A stretch of 63,235 nucleotides of DNA, filler included. It is 4 parts of 4 records of this genome, joined end to end, with 100 filler letters (N's around TTAATTAATTAA, not from the genome) between each part and the next. Parts side by side here need not be neighbours in the genome. Positions count along the whole stretch, not along the records: positions 5,920 to 36,411 come from SRR31156797_30324; 3 more parts are not named here. One strand, written 5' to 3'. Below, one piece after another: positions 18,829-29,051 of this stretch; positions within the stretch are counted from its first letter, which is position 1; every line of letters begins with the position of its first letter. A program made the translations under genes and the position numbers. Under the pieces are notes generated by a model, which saw only the letters and a program-made list of their open reading frames with translations, searched no databases and was not told the DNA's origin.

Positions 18829-20913
18829 CTAGCCTTCTAGCTCACGGGCAAGAGCCGCAATTTCTTCGCGGATAATCCGTGCCGCTTCAGCCGGAACTGC
18901 TCGTTCAAGCTTATCTGCAAGCAATTCTTCAACTGAAGCCTTGAAAGATTCTTCAAGTTCACCCTTCATATCGTCAATCTTCTCAACCAGACGCGGAGCG
19001 AGATAATCTTCAATATCCTCGGTCAAACGACTCTTGATGCGATAAAAGGCCGGAGAATCCGGATCAAGCTCTTTTTCAAGAGACTTGCTGACAACTTCAG
19101 CCACGTCAGGCAGGGCTTCAATTTTTTCCTCAATTCCGGACATACGCGGTTCAAGATCTGGAGCTTCATCAAGACGTGCTTCAAGGGCTGCAATACGCGG
19201 ATCGTGATCAGGTGCCTCATCAAGACGGGACTCTAGAGCAGCCACACGCGGTTCATGATCAGGAACTTCTTCAAAACGGGACTCGAGGGTCGCCATACGC
19301 AACTCAAATTCAGGAGACTCATCAAGTTTGCTTTCAATAGCGGTAATGCGCTCTTCCGCATCAGCCCGAACTTCACGCAATCCAAGCTGAACCTGATCGT
19401 TAATTTTGTCGCCCAATTCATCGGCAGCAGCAGCGGCAATGGCCACAACTGCAGCGGAATCAGGACGAAGGGCTTCGCTGAGCTGCTGATTTACTGCAGA
19501 CTCAACACCACTACCCTGCATAACCTTCTCCTCAAGCAAACGCATACTTTCCGCAAAAGCGGTCATGTTTGACTCAAGGGTATCAACCTGTGAAATGCGC
19601 TCAGTTGCGGATTCAAGAGCTTCTTCCAGCACTGCAATCCTTTCAGTCGCATCATTAAGTGAAATTTCAAGAGCTTCTGCACGCTTGGCAGCAGAAGCAG
19701 CCTTTTGTTCAAGCTCTTCGATGACCGCACCCTGTTCACCGGAATCCGCTGCAACTTCGACATCTTCAGCTTCTAACTCCGCATCAAGGTCGGAAAAATC
19801 TATTTCTGCATCTTCAAGCAATTCGCCGAGATCAAGGTCATCGTCGTCGATATCGATATCGAGTTCTTCGTCAGCAACCATCTCAAGGTCAGCAGCAATA
19901 TCAATATCCCCGGCAACAAGTTCAGCTTCGTCAACTTCGCTTTCCTCTACGGCAACCTCTTCTACAACAGGCTCTACAACCTCAGCTTCAGTAACTTCAA
20001 CTTCGGAAGTTGCCTCGAGAATCGGCTCCTCGGCCGCTTCTTCAACAACATCATCAAGCAGATCAAGACCTTCTTCCTGAAGCTCTACAACCTCCTCGTG
20101 GTCATCGGACAGCAAACCTTCAATGTCTTCATCCGCAAGAACATCCTCGCCAAGCTCACCTAGCTCAACTTTGTCCTCCACTTCACCAAGAAGTCCGTCA
20201 AGCTCATCATCTTCGTCCATGCCGGAATCCTCCAGCAGGGAATCCAGATTCTCAACTTCAGAATCTTCATCGAACAAAGAATCAATATCCTCGGTATCAT
20301 CTTCGGCTACAGTAGTGTCACCACCAAGATCGTCAATAAGACCATCAAGGCCGTCAGCATCAAGTTCGCCATCTTCAACACCGTCGGCAGCAAGGAGTTC
20401 AGCCTCACCGAGATCAAAATCAATATCATCTCCGGCATCAGCTTCAACCGGAGATTCGGAAATTTCTGTTGCTTCTTCAGCAACTTCGCCGAGATCAAGT
20501 ATATCGTCGGCTTCTTCAACAACGTCATCAAGTTCAAGGAGGTCGTCCCCGGTATCAACAACATCGTCAAGCAGGAGAGCGTCATCTTCAGCTCCCACAA
20601 CGTCGTCAAGCACAAGGGTATCATCGTCCCCTGTATCGACAACGTCATCAAGCTCGATCAAATCATCACCGGAAGCCTCTTCCACAACGTCATCAAGCAC
20701 CAGCATATCGTCGTCAGCACTTTCATCGACAACATCATCCAGCACAAGAAGATCGTCTGAATCATCCATGATCAATTCAGGCTCTTCAATTTCAAGGTCT
20801 TCAGAAAAAAGGTCTTCGAGTTCCTGCTCAAAGCTGGCATCAACCTCTTCAGCAACATCATTAAGGTCGAGAACCTCTTCCGCGCCTTTATTATCCGGTG
20901 AATCCGGGGTCAT
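18829..20913 (-). CDS. Very acidic low-complexity/coiled-coil protein with a PopZ/RomR-like C-terminal helix
   Basis: GAGG RBS; D/E-rich; LxLDDVV repeats; 17-aa repeats; ends ERAVPAEAARIIREEIAAL. Confidence 0.75.
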   Translation of the reverse strand: MTPDSPDNKGAEEVLDLNDVAEEVDASFEQELEDLFSEDLEIEEPELIMDDSDDLLVLDDVVDESADDDMLVLDDVVEEASGDDLIELDDVVDTGDDDTLVLDDVVGAEDDALLLDDVVDTGDDLLELDDVVEEADDILDLGEVAEEATEISESPVEADAGDDIDFDLGEAELLAADGVEDGELDADGLDGLIDDLGGDTTVAEDDTEDIDSLFDEDSEVENLDSLLEDSGMDEDDELDGLLGEVEDKVELGELGEDVLADEDIEGLLSDDHEEVVELQEEGLDLLDDVVEEAAEEPILEATSEVEVTEAEVVEPVVEEVAVEESEVDEAELVAGDIDIAADLEMVADEELDIDIDDDDLDLGELLEDAEIDFSDLDAELEAEDVEVAADSGEQGAVIEELEQKAASAAKRAEALEISLNDATERIAVLEEALESATERISQVDTLESNMTAFAESMRLLEEKVMQGSGVESAVNQQLSEALRPDSAAVVAIAAAAADELGDKINDQVQLGLREVRADAEERITAIESKLDESPEFELRMATLESRFEEVPDHEPRVAALESRLDEAPDHDPRIAALEARLDEAPDLEPRMSGIEEKIEALPDVAEVVSKSLEKELDPDSPAFYRIKSRLTEDIEDYLAPRLVEKIDDMKGELEESFKASVEELLADKLERAVPAEAARIIREEIAALARELEG
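19105..19327 (-). repeat. About four 51-bp (17-aa) intragenic tandem repeats
   Basis: LDESPEFELRMATLESR / FEEVPDHEPRVAALESR / LDEAPDHDPRIAALEAR / LDEAPDLEPRMSGIEEK. Confidence 0.8.
20475..20760 (-). repeat. About seven 12-15-aa acidic repeats (DD.L.LDDVV)
   Basis: Seen in translation and as recurring (a)acgtcatcaag on the plus strand. Confidence 0.8.
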
Positions 20914-20937
20914 AGACTACCCTCTTAAAAAAAATTT

Positions 20938-20966
20938 AAAAAAAAGGGGGCGGGCAGCCCCCTTTT
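20938..20966 (-). terminator. Intrinsic terminator after cytochrome c3
   Basis: AAAAGGGGGC..GCCCCCTTTT with a long A-run on the plus strand. Confidence 0.8.
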
Positions 20967-20985
20967 CATTACACATCAAGAAAAC

Positions 20986-21393
20986 TTATTTCTTTTTCTT
21001 GGGGTGGCAGTCGCCGCACTTGGTGGGGCCAGTTGCCTTTTTAGCTTTCTTCAGAGCCTTGTGACAGCCTACACAGCTCATGTCAGACTTTGCGTGGAAA
21101 GCGGAGTAGAAAGAAGTAGGCTTCTTTTTACCTTTTTTGCTGGTGTCTACGTGACAACCTTCTGCGGAACACTTTTTAACTTCAGCTTTGCCGTCCCACT
21201 TGTGGTGGCACTTGGCACAGTCGATGGCTGCGTGTCCTTTGTGAGAAAAGTCCACCGGAGCTTTGGTCATTTTAGCGCCAGCAGGAGCTTTCAGAACCAT
21301 GTCGCCGGGTGCATCAACAGCGTACAGGCTGGGAAGTGCAAATGCGCAAACCAGAGCAGCTGTTACCATGCTGATAAGCAGGGTCTTTTTCAT
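20986..21393 (-). CDS. cycA: Type I tetraheme cytochrome c3
   Basis: Signal peptide; FSHKGH; CAKCH, CSAEGCH, CVGCH, CGDCH; resembles the D. (Maridesulfovibrio) salexigens c3 sequence as recalled. Confidence 0.95.
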   Translation of the reverse strand: MKKTLLISMVTAALVCAFALPSLYAVDAPGDMVLKAPAGAKMTKAPVDFSHKGHAAIDCAKCHHKWDGKAEVKKCSAEGCHVDTSKKGKKKPTSFYSAFHAKSDMSCVGCHKALKKAKKATGPTKCGDCHPKKKK

Positions 21394-21531
21394 CCTCAGT
21401 TCCTCCTTAAAATAACGTTAACCTAATTACAGTCTTCTTGTGGATTTAATTTAGATAAAAAACCATGTCAAGCATGGTAAAAAAATCCACTGATTAAAAT
21501 TAGCGGTATCAGATAGTTATACTGCACGAAA

Positions 21532-22290
21532 TCAGATGTCGTACTTGTTGGCATAACCACGCGGAGTAAGCATTTTCCCTGCAACTTCTCTTGTAGAAGA
21601 ATTACCAACAATCAGAACAGTTTGCATATCAACATCACTAACATCCAAAGTATCCAAAGTAACTACCCGCACCTGCTGCCCATCGCGGTAGGCACGATTC
21701 ACAATGCCCAAAGGAGTTATCCCTTCACGATATTTTTTTAAAATTTCAACAGCTTCACCAAGATGACCGGCCCTCTTTTTCGAGCGAGGATTGTAAATTG
21801 CAATCACAAAATCAGCAGAAGCCGCGGCCTCCAACCTTTTTTCAATCTTTTCCCACGGGGTGAGCAGGTCGCTGAGGCTTATGGAAGCAAAATCGTGCAT
21901 CAGCGGTGCGCCCAACAGGGCCGCAGCCGCAGTAAAAGCCGGGATACCTGGAACTACTTCAAAAACAACTTTATCAAACAGCTCTCCGGCTTCAAGCAAT
22001 TCCATAACCAAACCGGCCATGGCGTAAACTCCAGGATCACCGCTGCAAACCATAACTACATTACGTCCAGAAACAGCAGCTTCCACAGCCTTGCGACAGC
22101 GCTCCACCTCGGCCATCATACCTGTAGAAAGGACCTCCCTGCCCTCAAGCAGCTCCTGCGGGACCAACTTCACGTATCCTGTGTAGCCAACCACAGCGTC
22201 CGCACTCTCTATGGCCTGTCTAGCCTGTGGGGCCAACAGACATTCATCACCCGGGCCAAGCCCAATCACTTTTATACAACCTTTATTCAT
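21532..22290 (-). CDS. cobJ: Precorrin-3B C17-methyltransferase (CbiH/CobJ)
   Basis: GLGPG, SGDPGVY, GAPLMHDF, LSDLLTPW, YNPRS, TPRGY; ATG 22290 overlaps the cbiG stop (ATGA). Confidence 0.93.
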   Translation of the reverse strand: MNKGCIKVIGLGPGDECLLAPQARQAIESADAVVGYTGYVKLVPQELLEGREVLSTGMMAEVERCRKAVEAAVSGRNVVMVCSGDPGVYAMAGLVMELLEAGELFDKVVFEVVPGIPAFTAAAALLGAPLMHDFASISLSDLLTPWEKIEKRLEAAASADFVIAIYNPRSKKRAGHLGEAVEILKKYREGITPLGIVNRAYRDGQQVRVVTLDTLDVSDVDMQTVLIVGNSSTREVAGKMLTPRGYANKYDI

Positions 22291-23312
22291 ATTCTCTTTG
22301 CTATAGCTGCGGTCACCCGCGCACTTTTGGTTTTGGGAACCAGAACTTCCGTAGCATTTGCCAGCTTCATTGCCGCGGCTTCGCATACACCGCCGACTCC
22401 CATATGTTTCATCACCATACCCGAAGGATTGGCGACCTCAATCTCATCAAGTTCCGCTGCACTGAAAAAATTTAAATCCAGCCCTAAAATTATCCCTGCT
22501 TCCAGTAGTCCCACTTCATCGCTCTTCGCATCAATTGAGCCCATACTAAAAATGGACTCAAAAGCAATGCCATTATCCCCAACAACACTTCGAATCAGCT
22601 CCAGAATCTCACCTGCAGGCACCCCGCGTCTGCACCCAACACCTAGCGTAAGACAGCGCGGATAAAGGGCTAAGACTCGCTCCGGCAACTCATGAATTCG
22701 CCAATCCACAGCAACACCACAACGGGACTCGAACAATACCGCAATATCATCCACCACATAAAAATAATCACTCAATCCCGATATGTCCAAAAAACCGCCA
22801 GGATCATAGACCGGAACTTTTTCCCCATCCAAAATTGCGGCATTGATATGTTTAATTAAACCAATATCACCAATTATCAGCCCCTGATCACGAGCCAAAA
22901 GATCCATGGAAGGCACTCCCGCGCAATCTGTCGCTGTAGTAATAACTGGAGTGGACCCGATTTTATCGCCGACCATGCGGGCCAATTCATTCGCTCCGCC
23001 CAAATGCCCGGAAACCAGACTAATGGCAAAATCACCAGCTTGGTCAACAACAACCACAGCGGGGTCTTCAGCCTTGCTCTTCAAGTATGGAGCAATCATA
23101 CGCACCACAATTCCTGATGCGGCCACAAAAATATGGCTATCGTATTTGAAAAATTTATCGGTAACGATATATTTGAGGGAAGTGAAAGAAATATCGGATT
23201 CTACGGCGTAACGTTGAAGCACGTAGCAGTCAGCATGCAACGAATCTGCAATTTTGCGAGCAGTCTCAGCCCCTCTCTGGGTGAGAGCATATATTGCGGT
23301 ACAATTTTCCAT
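22287..23312 (-). CDS. cbiG: Cobalt-precorrin-5A hydrolase
   Basis: GIVVR, DPAVVV, SGHLGGAN, VITTATD, GVGCRRG, GVCEAAA. Confidence 0.92.
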   Translation of the reverse strand: MENCTAIYALTQRGAETARKIADSLHADCYVLQRYAVESDISFTSLKYIVTDKFFKYDSHIFVAASGIVVRMIAPYLKSKAEDPAVVVVDQAGDFAISLVSGHLGGANELARMVGDKIGSTPVITTATDCAGVPSMDLLARDQGLIIGDIGLIKHINAAILDGEKVPVYDPGGFLDISGLSDYFYVVDDIAVLFESRCGVAVDWRIHELPERVLALYPRCLTLGVGCRRGVPAGEILELIRSVVGDNGIAFESIFSMGSIDAKSDEVGLLEAGIILGLDLNFFSAAELDEIEVANPSGMVMKHMGVGGVCEAAAMKLANATEVLVPKTKSARVTAAIAKRI

Positions 23313-23330
23313 GAGAAATCCCACTGTAAC

Positions 23331-23363
23331 AAAAAAACGGGAGGAGTTTCCTCCCCCCGCTTT
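23331..23363 (-). terminator. Intrinsic terminator downstream of hemL
   Basis: Minus strand GCGGGGGGAG-GAAA-CTCCTCCCGT-TTTTTT. Confidence 0.7.
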
Positions 23364-23399
23364 AATACTTCATAAATAAAACGGCTTTTCCAAATTGGT

Positions 23400-23496
23400 G
23401 CGGCGAAGCCCTACTAAAAAAGTTTGGGATTCTTAATCCCTCTACAAAGGGTTTAAGGCCCCCGGCAGGGTGCCCCGCAAGGCCGTCGGAGACATC
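23400..23496 (-). repeat. Probable REP-like palindromic intergenic element
   Basis: Starts right after the hemL stop; nested hairpins CTTAAACCCT..AGGGATTAAG and GGGCTTCGCC; resembles interspersed elements recalled from Desulfovibrionaceae. Confidence 0.4.
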
Positions 23497-24765
23497 TTAG
23501 CCTTTAAAGCTTTTAACAGCTTCCAGAGTGGCTTCGTAGTCTGCTTCGCTGTGTGCGAAAGAGGTGAAAGTGCACTCGAAGCTGGACGGTGCGAGGTTCA
23601 CGCCCTGCTCACGCATGTGGCGGTAGAACTTGGAATAAAGCTCAGCATCACCTGTTTTTGCGGACTCGAAATCAGTTACTTCCTGATCAGTGAAGAACAG
23701 GGTGAAGATGGATGCAACGTGGTTCAAGCTAACCTTGAAACCGTTGGCTTCCAGAGCGGCTTTCATATCCTGCGCCAACTTGAGGGTGCGTGCTTCAAGC
23801 GCATCATAATCCTGCTGCTGCAAAGAACGCAGAGTAGCAACACCTGCTGCCATGGCAACCGGGTTACCGGAAAGGGTTCCGGCCTGATAGACATCACCGC
23901 AGGGAGAAATACGGCTCATGTATTCTTTTTTACCGCCGTAGCAGCCTACGGGGAACCCGCCACCAATGATCTTACCAAGAGTGGTAAGATCAGGGATAAC
24001 GTTAAAACGAGGACCAACGCCGCCGGAAGTTACACGGAATCCGGTGATAACTTCGTCAAAAATCAGCAATGCGCCGTGCTCGTCGCAAAGAGCACGCAGA
24101 CCTTCAAGGAATCCTTCCTTAGGCAGGACGAGTCCCATATTACCTGCCACAGGCTCAACAATAATCGCAGCGATGTTCTTACCTTCTTTTTCAAAGACAG
24201 CCTTAACAGCATCAAGGTCGTTGTAGGGAGCAAGCAGGGTATCTTTTACTGTTCCTTCGGGAACACCGGGAGTACCGGGAATGGAAAAAGTAGCCAAGCC
24301 GGAACCTGCGCTGGCGAGAAAGCAGTCACTATGACCGTGATAGCAGCCCTCGAACTTGAGGACCTTGTCACGGCCGGTAACGCCACGGGCGAGGCGCAGT
24401 GCGGACATGGTTGCTTCGGTACCGGAATTGACCATACGTACCATCTCGATGGAGGGAACCATTTTGATGATCTCTTCCGCCAGCTCGATTTCACCGGGAC
24501 AGGGTGCGCCGTAACTTGCGCCCATGTCTACAGCCTTGTGAGCGGCTTCTTTGATAGCTTCATAGCCGTGACCGAGCATCATCGGGCCCCAGCTCATGAC
24601 GTAGTCGATAAGTTCCTGTCCATCCACAGACCACATGCGGCTGCCTTCGGCCTTTTCGATGAAAAGAGGATCGCAGCCAACGGATTTGCAGGCACGGACG
24701 GGGCTGTTAACACCGCCGGGCAGCAGTTCCTGTGCCTTATTAAAAAGTTCAGATGATGAAGCCAT
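23497..24765 (-). CDS. hemL: Glutamate-1-semialdehyde 2,1-aminomutase
   Basis: [41 protein letters not shown]. Confidence 0.97.
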   Translation of the reverse strand: MASSSELFNKAQELLPGGVNSPVRACKSVGCDPLFIEKAEGSRMWSVDGQELIDYVMSWGPMMLGHGYEAIKEAAHKAVDMGASYGAPCPGEIELAEEIIKMVPSIEMVRMVNSGTEATMSALRLARGVTGRDKVLKFEGCYHGHSDCFLASAGSGLATFSIPGTPGVPEGTVKDTLLAPYNDLDAVKAVFEKEGKNIAAIIVEPVAGNMGLVLPKEGFLEGLRALCDEHGALLIFDEVITGFRVTSGGVGPRFNVIPDLTTLGKIIGGGFPVGCYGGKKEYMSRISPCGDVYQAGTLSGNPVAMAAGVATLRSLQQQDYDALEARTLKLAQDMKAALEANGFKVSLNHVASIFTLFFTDQEVTDFESAKTGDAELYSKFYRHMREQGVNLAPSSFECTFTSFAHSEADYEATLEAVKSFKG

Positions 24766-24812
24766 GAGAAACTCCTTATGAAATTTGATGCGCTTCGCGC
24801 TTTTAGATGAAT

Positions 24813-25298
24813 TTATTTCTTTTCAAAGTAGACCATGGAGGTCTTTTTCAGCTCTTTAAGGCTGCGCAGGGTGCAGTGATCGGTAATTCCGGTCTGCTCT
24901 TCCAGTTCAGCAACAACATTCTTACAATCGTCCGGACCTTTGCCGTGGATCATTGTATAGAGGTTGTACGGCCAGTCTTCGTAAGTGAGGCGCAGGTAGC
25001 AGTGGCTGATTTCCGGACGGGCAGCCATGAATTCGCCGACCTTTTCCGGTTCCTGATCTTCAGTGACCCGCCATGCGACCATGGCATTCGCGCCGTATCC
25101 GGCCTTCTGGTGACGCAGGGTCGCGCCGAAACGACGGATAATCTTATCATCCTTAAGACGACTTAGGAGATCAAGTACTTCCTGTTCGGAACAGCCTACC
25201 TGCTCGGCAATATCTGCGTATGGAGTTGCACTCCAGGAAAGATTGGTTCCCGCCAGTGCCAAAATATTATGCTCAAGTTCAGTAAATTTTTTAGCCAT
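24813..25298 (-). CDS. ahbB: Siroheme decarboxylase subunit beta (Lrp/AsnC-like)
   Basis: [15 protein letters not shown]...[16 protein letters not shown]; ahbB-hemL-cbiG-cbiH-c3 order as in Desulfovibrio. Confidence 0.9.
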   Translation of the reverse strand: MAKKFTELEHNILALAGTNLSWSATPYADIAEQVGCSEQEVLDLLSRLKDDKIIRRFGATLRHQKAGYGANAMVAWRVTEDQEPEKVGEFMAARPEISHCYLRLTYEDWPYNLYTMIHGKGPDDCKNVVAELEEQTGITDHCTLRSLKELKKTSMVYFEKK

Positions 25299-25415
25299 AT
25301 CCCATCCTTGGTCTTTTCTTTAGTCAGCCCTTGATACCCGCATATTGTTTCATCCTCAAGTGCTGAGATCGAAATATTTGTTTTACCGCTCCCGCCAAAA
25401 AAAGAGACATTATTT

Positions 25416-25431
25416 TCTGACTTAAGTCATA
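25416..25431. promoter_or_regulatory. CRP/FNR-family (HcpR-like) palindrome upstream of nrfHA
   Basis: Perfect palindrome TGAC-TTAA-GTCA at 25418-25429. Confidence 0.45.
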
Positions 25432-25565
25432 GATTAAAAATCACAGATATGAGATATTGGCAGTAGTGCAATCTTTTTATTTCCAAACAAGGAGGAAATT
25501 AAAGCAACAAAACTTTATGGAATAAGATTAATGAGGCCTAAGTAAACTTGTAGAGAGAGGTGCCT

Positions 25566-26096
25566 ATGAACTTTAACTCGGTTCTACGGTTCTGTGCTCT
25601 GGCAAGTGTAACAGTAGCCGTGGTAATGGGGGTGTATTTGGTCCAAGAGTCCAAGGCCACATCCTACATGTCCAATGAATCCACAGCCTGTATCAACTGC
25701 CACGTCATGGAGAGCTATTACGCTTCATGGCAGCACAGTTCTCACGCTCAACGCGCCACCTGTGTTGAGTGCCATTTGCCGACAGAGAACTACGTCGACA
25801 AATACGCGTCAAAGACCCGCGACGGATGGAATCACTCTGTCGCTTTCACATTGAATACATACGGAAAACGCATGCTCATCACAGAGGATGGCGCCCGTCG
25901 TGTTCAGGAAAACTGCATCAAATGTCATTCCAGTTTTTCCAAAACACTCATCAAAAATGTCGACCGCTACCATGCATTTGACAGTGAGTCATTGGGGAAA
26001 AGGAAATGCTGGGATTGTCACCGCTACGTCCCGCACGGAAAAGTGCGCAGTATTGATGCCGCACCTGTAAGACTTGGCGCAAAGTGGACTCAATAA
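25566..26096 (+). CDS. nrfH: Cytochrome c nitrite reductase small subunit
   Basis: N-terminal TM helix; CINCH, CVECH, CIKCH, CWDCH..PHG. Confidence 0.92.
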   Translation: MNFNSVLRFCALASVTVAVVMGVYLVQESKATSYMSNESTACINCHVMESYYASWQHSSHAQRATCVECHLPTENYVDKYASKTRDGWNHSVAFTLNTYGKRMLITEDGARRVQENCIKCHSSFSKTLIKNVDRYHAFDSESLGKRKCWDCHRYVPHGKVRSIDAAPVRLGAKWTQ

Positions 26097-26121
26097 TATT
26101 TTGGAGATGAATGGGGGAACA

Positions 26122-27633
26122 ATGAAGAAAAATACTATTATACTAGTGGGGGCTCTGATTGCGATAGCCTTCATGACGTACATGCTGCTTTCAATCAACA
26201 CCAAGAAAACTGAACAAGTTCTGCTGAACACAGCTCCTGTTATTAAAGAGAAAGGAGTGGAAGCCAAAAGTGACATCTGGGGTAAGGAATACCCCCGCCA
26301 ATATGATACCTGGAAAAAAACCAAAGACAGTAACAAGATTGAAGATCTGGTGGAAAAATATCCCCAGTTGGCAATTCTTTGGTCTGGCTACGGTTTTGCC
26401 AAAGACTATAATGCGCCCCGCGGACACTTCAACGCTCTGCAAAGCAACATCAATACCCTGCGTACCGGAGCCCCTACCGGCCCCAATGACGGCCCGATGC
26501 CCATGGCATGCTGGTCCTGCAAATCCTCTGATGTTCCGCGCATTATGGAAAGAGACGGTGAACTTCAATACTTCACCGGAAAATGGGCAAGAATGGGTAA
26601 CGAGATCGTAAACCCCATCGGCTGTGCAGACTGCCACAACAGTCAAACAAGTCAGCTCGAAATTTCAAGACCATATCTAAAACGCGGCTTAGAAGCGAGC
26701 GGCAGAAAACTGGAAGATCTTACTTTTCAGGATATGCGTTCTCTGGCCTGCGCCCAGTGCCACTCTGAATATTACTTCAAAAAAACCCCTTACACCGACG
26801 AAGCCGGCAACAAACAGATTGCTGCTGTAGTAACCTTCCCATGGGCTAAGGGCCTCGCAGCCGAAAACATGGAAGAATACTACAATGAATACGGATTCAA
26901 AGACTGGACTCACGGCCTGAGTAAGACTCCCATGCTTAAAGCCCAGCACCCCGGTTATGAAATATTCACTACCGGTATCCACTACAAGCGCGGCCTTTCC
27001 TGCGCAGACTGCCACATGCCTTACACTCAAGAAGGCAGCGTAAAATTCTCTGACCACCAGATTCAGAGTCCTCTCAACAACATCGCAAACTCCTGCTTGA
27101 CCTGCCACCGCCAAAGCGAAGAAGAGTTCAAGCAGATTGTAGAAGAAAAACTGCAGCGCAAGAATCAGCTGAACGTCATCGCCATGACAAACCTTGCCAA
27201 GGCCCACCTCACAGCCAAGAAGGCATGGGAAGTAGGTGCAACCGAAGCTGAAATGAAAAAGCCCATCAATACCATTCGTTCCGCACAATGGCTTTGGGAT
27301 TACTCCATTGCCAGCCACGGTTCTTTCTTCCATGCTCCCGGCGAAACCCTGCGCCTCCTTGGTGTTGCAAACAACAAAGCCATGCAGGCCCGTCTGGAAC
27401 TTCAGGACATCCTTGCCAAGCACGGTGTGACCAACTACGAAGTGCCTGACTTCTCCACAAAGGAAAAAGCTCAGAAGCTTGCTGGAGTACCCTTTGATAA
27501 GCTCGTTAAAGACAAAATGAGATTCAAGAAGGGAATGGTTGTCGAATGGTATGATGAAGCTGTGAAAGCAGGACGTTTAGATAAAAACTGGTGGAAGATT
27601 CTGCCGGACAACACTGCTTACCCGCAGAACTAA
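26122..27633 (+). CDS. nrfA: Ammonia-forming cytochrome c nitrite reductase catalytic subunit
   Basis: CWSCK active-site heme plus four CxxCH; PRGH, KAQH, ASHG motifs. Confidence 0.96.
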   Translation: MKKNTIILVGALIAIAFMTYMLLSINTKKTEQVLLNTAPVIKEKGVEAKSDIWGKEYPRQYDTWKKTKDSNKIEDLVEKYPQLAILWSGYGFAKDYNAPRGHFNALQSNINTLRTGAPTGPNDGPMPMACWSCKSSDVPRIMERDGELQYFTGKWARMGNEIVNPIGCADCHNSQTSQLEISRPYLKRGLEASGRKLEDLTFQDMRSLACAQCHSEYYFKKTPYTDEAGNKQIAAVVTFPWAKGLAAENMEEYYNEYGFKDWTHGLSKTPMLKAQHPGYEIFTTGIHYKRGLSCADCHMPYTQEGSVKFSDHQIQSPLNNIANSCLTCHRQSEEEFKQIVEEKLQRKNQLNVIAMTNLAKAHLTAKKAWEVGATEAEMKKPINTIRSAQWLWDYSIASHGSFFHAPGETLRLLGVANNKAMQARLELQDILAKHGVTNYEVPDFSTKEKAQKLAGVPFDKLVKDKMRFKKGMVVEWYDEAVKAGRLDKNWWKILPDNTAYPQN

Positions 27634-27690
27634 ACTGCTCCTGTAACGTCACAACCAACAACTAATTGATTGTAATTAGGAATACACGCT

Positions 27691-27719
27691 GCCCCCGGAC
27701 GAAAGTCCGGGGGCTTTTT
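27691..27719 (+). terminator. Intrinsic terminator after nrfA
   Basis: GCCCCCGGAC-GAAA-GTCCGGGGGC-TTTTT. Confidence 0.9.
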
Positions 27720-27818
27720 ATTTCTGCAATTATCCGCAGCTTTTAAAAATAACTAAAAAAATGTATACAAAGTCCAACCAATCACCCAGATATCACCCAC
27801 CCTAAAAGGATACCTCGC

Positions 27819-28445
27819 ATGCCGTTTACCATATGGATATCTTTTGTCGCTGTTTCTATCATCTTCAGTATTTCACCCGGAGCTGGTGCAGTTGTATCCA
27901 TGAGTACTTCAATGAAGTACGGAACAAAGAAAACTTTATACATGATAGCCGGACTTCAGCATGCGTTGCTTATCCACTTAATCTGTGTAGCGGCAGGACT
28001 TGGGGCACTGCTTGCTTCCTCTGTCTTCTTTTTTGAAGTTCTGAAATATGCCGGGGCAGGCTACCTTGTATGGCTGGGTATAAAAAAATGGCGGGAACTG
28101 GCTGTATTGCCACAGGAAAGCGGCTTAATCCATGAAACTTCAGCTGCTGCCCTTTTTAAAACCGGAACGATGGTAAATCTGAGCAATCCTAAATCAATTA
28201 TCTTCCTTGCTGCCTTTCTTCCACAATTCATCGACCCGACAGCCCCAGCCTTGACGCAATATATTATATTAGGAGCAACAACTCTTTTAGTCGATACTCT
28301 TGTCATGGTCGGCTATATGTGTGTAGCCGGAACAGCCCGTAATCTATTCTCCACGCCCAAAAGAGTACTCATGCAAAACCGCATCTTCGGGACTCTATTT
28401 GTGGGTGCCGGACTAGCCCTTGCTACGGCGAAAAAGACAACATAA
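27819..28445 (+). CDS. rhtB: LysE/RhtB-family amino acid efflux protein
   Basis: SPGAG, GLGALL, KYAGAGYLVWLG, NLSNPKSIIFL. Confidence 0.8.
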   Translation: MPFTIWISFVAVSIIFSISPGAGAVVSMSTSMKYGTKKTLYMIAGLQHALLIHLICVAAGLGALLASSVFFFEVLKYAGAGYLVWLGIKKWRELAVLPQESGLIHETSAAALFKTGTMVNLSNPKSIIFLAAFLPQFIDPTAPALTQYIILGATTLLVDTLVMVGYMCVAGTARNLFSTPKRVLMQNRIFGTLFVGAGLALATAKKTT

Positions 28446-28494
28446 CAGGATGATCAAAAACGCTCTTCCATGACCGTTGCCTACTGAGAATTAA

Positions 28495-28863
28495 TCAAGG
28501 CAATTCGCTCAGAGCCTGTTCCAACATTGCTTCGGCCGCTTCCAGCACATCCGCTATCTCCTGCGGAGTGGCATTATCAAGATGAATTCCGCAAGCCACC
28601 GACACAGTGCAATTGCATGCTGTTGCCAGCGCATATGAAATTTTGCGGGCCAGCTGGTCCTCTTTATGTCCGCAAACGGTCAGCAGAGAAACCGAGCAGT
28701 CAACCTTTTCCAGATCCCTCAACCCAGCATGAGGGACGGCCAAAGCAACAGCACCGATATGCGGTTCATCCCCCCCATAAAGGCTGATGTTAAAATCTTT
28801 GCCCATGCGCTCAACAGTCATTGTTAAGTTGAAGCGGGGAGTTGTTTTTTCAATACGGATCAT
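28495..28863 (-). CDS. LpdD-like small protein (prenylated-flavin chaperone-like family)
   Basis: GG..PHIGAV..A, GHKE..LA, V.CGIH.D pattern; AAGGA RBS. Confidence 0.6.
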   Translation of the reverse strand: MIRIEKTTPRFNLTMTVERMGKDFNISLYGGDEPHIGAVALAVPHAGLRDLEKVDCSVSLLTVCGHKEDQLARKISYALATACNCTVSVACGIHLDNATPQEIADVLEAAEAMLEQALSELP

Positions 28864-29051
28864 AAGGCTGTCCTTTTTTGAAATTCTCAAAACAACATAA
28901 CGATATACGGTAGACCTGCTCCATGCAATTTTTCTTTTTCACTATCGATAAACACCTTTCATTTTTGAACAGGTTGCCAAATTTTCCTGCGAGGGGTAAC
29001 TTGAATTTGATCTTAAATTCACGCTGATTACAATTTCCAAGGAGATAATAA

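Noticed and set aside
20475-20760. Regularly spaced repeats as a possible CRISPR array
   Set aside because: Degenerate, codon-phased and inside a CDS; no cas genes
20123-21064. Ser-rich 313-aa ORF (and 19565-20080)
   Set aside because: Reverse-complement artefact of the Asp/Glu codons of the acidic protein
23470-24756. 428-aa plus-strand ORF
   Set aside because: Antisense shadow of hemL
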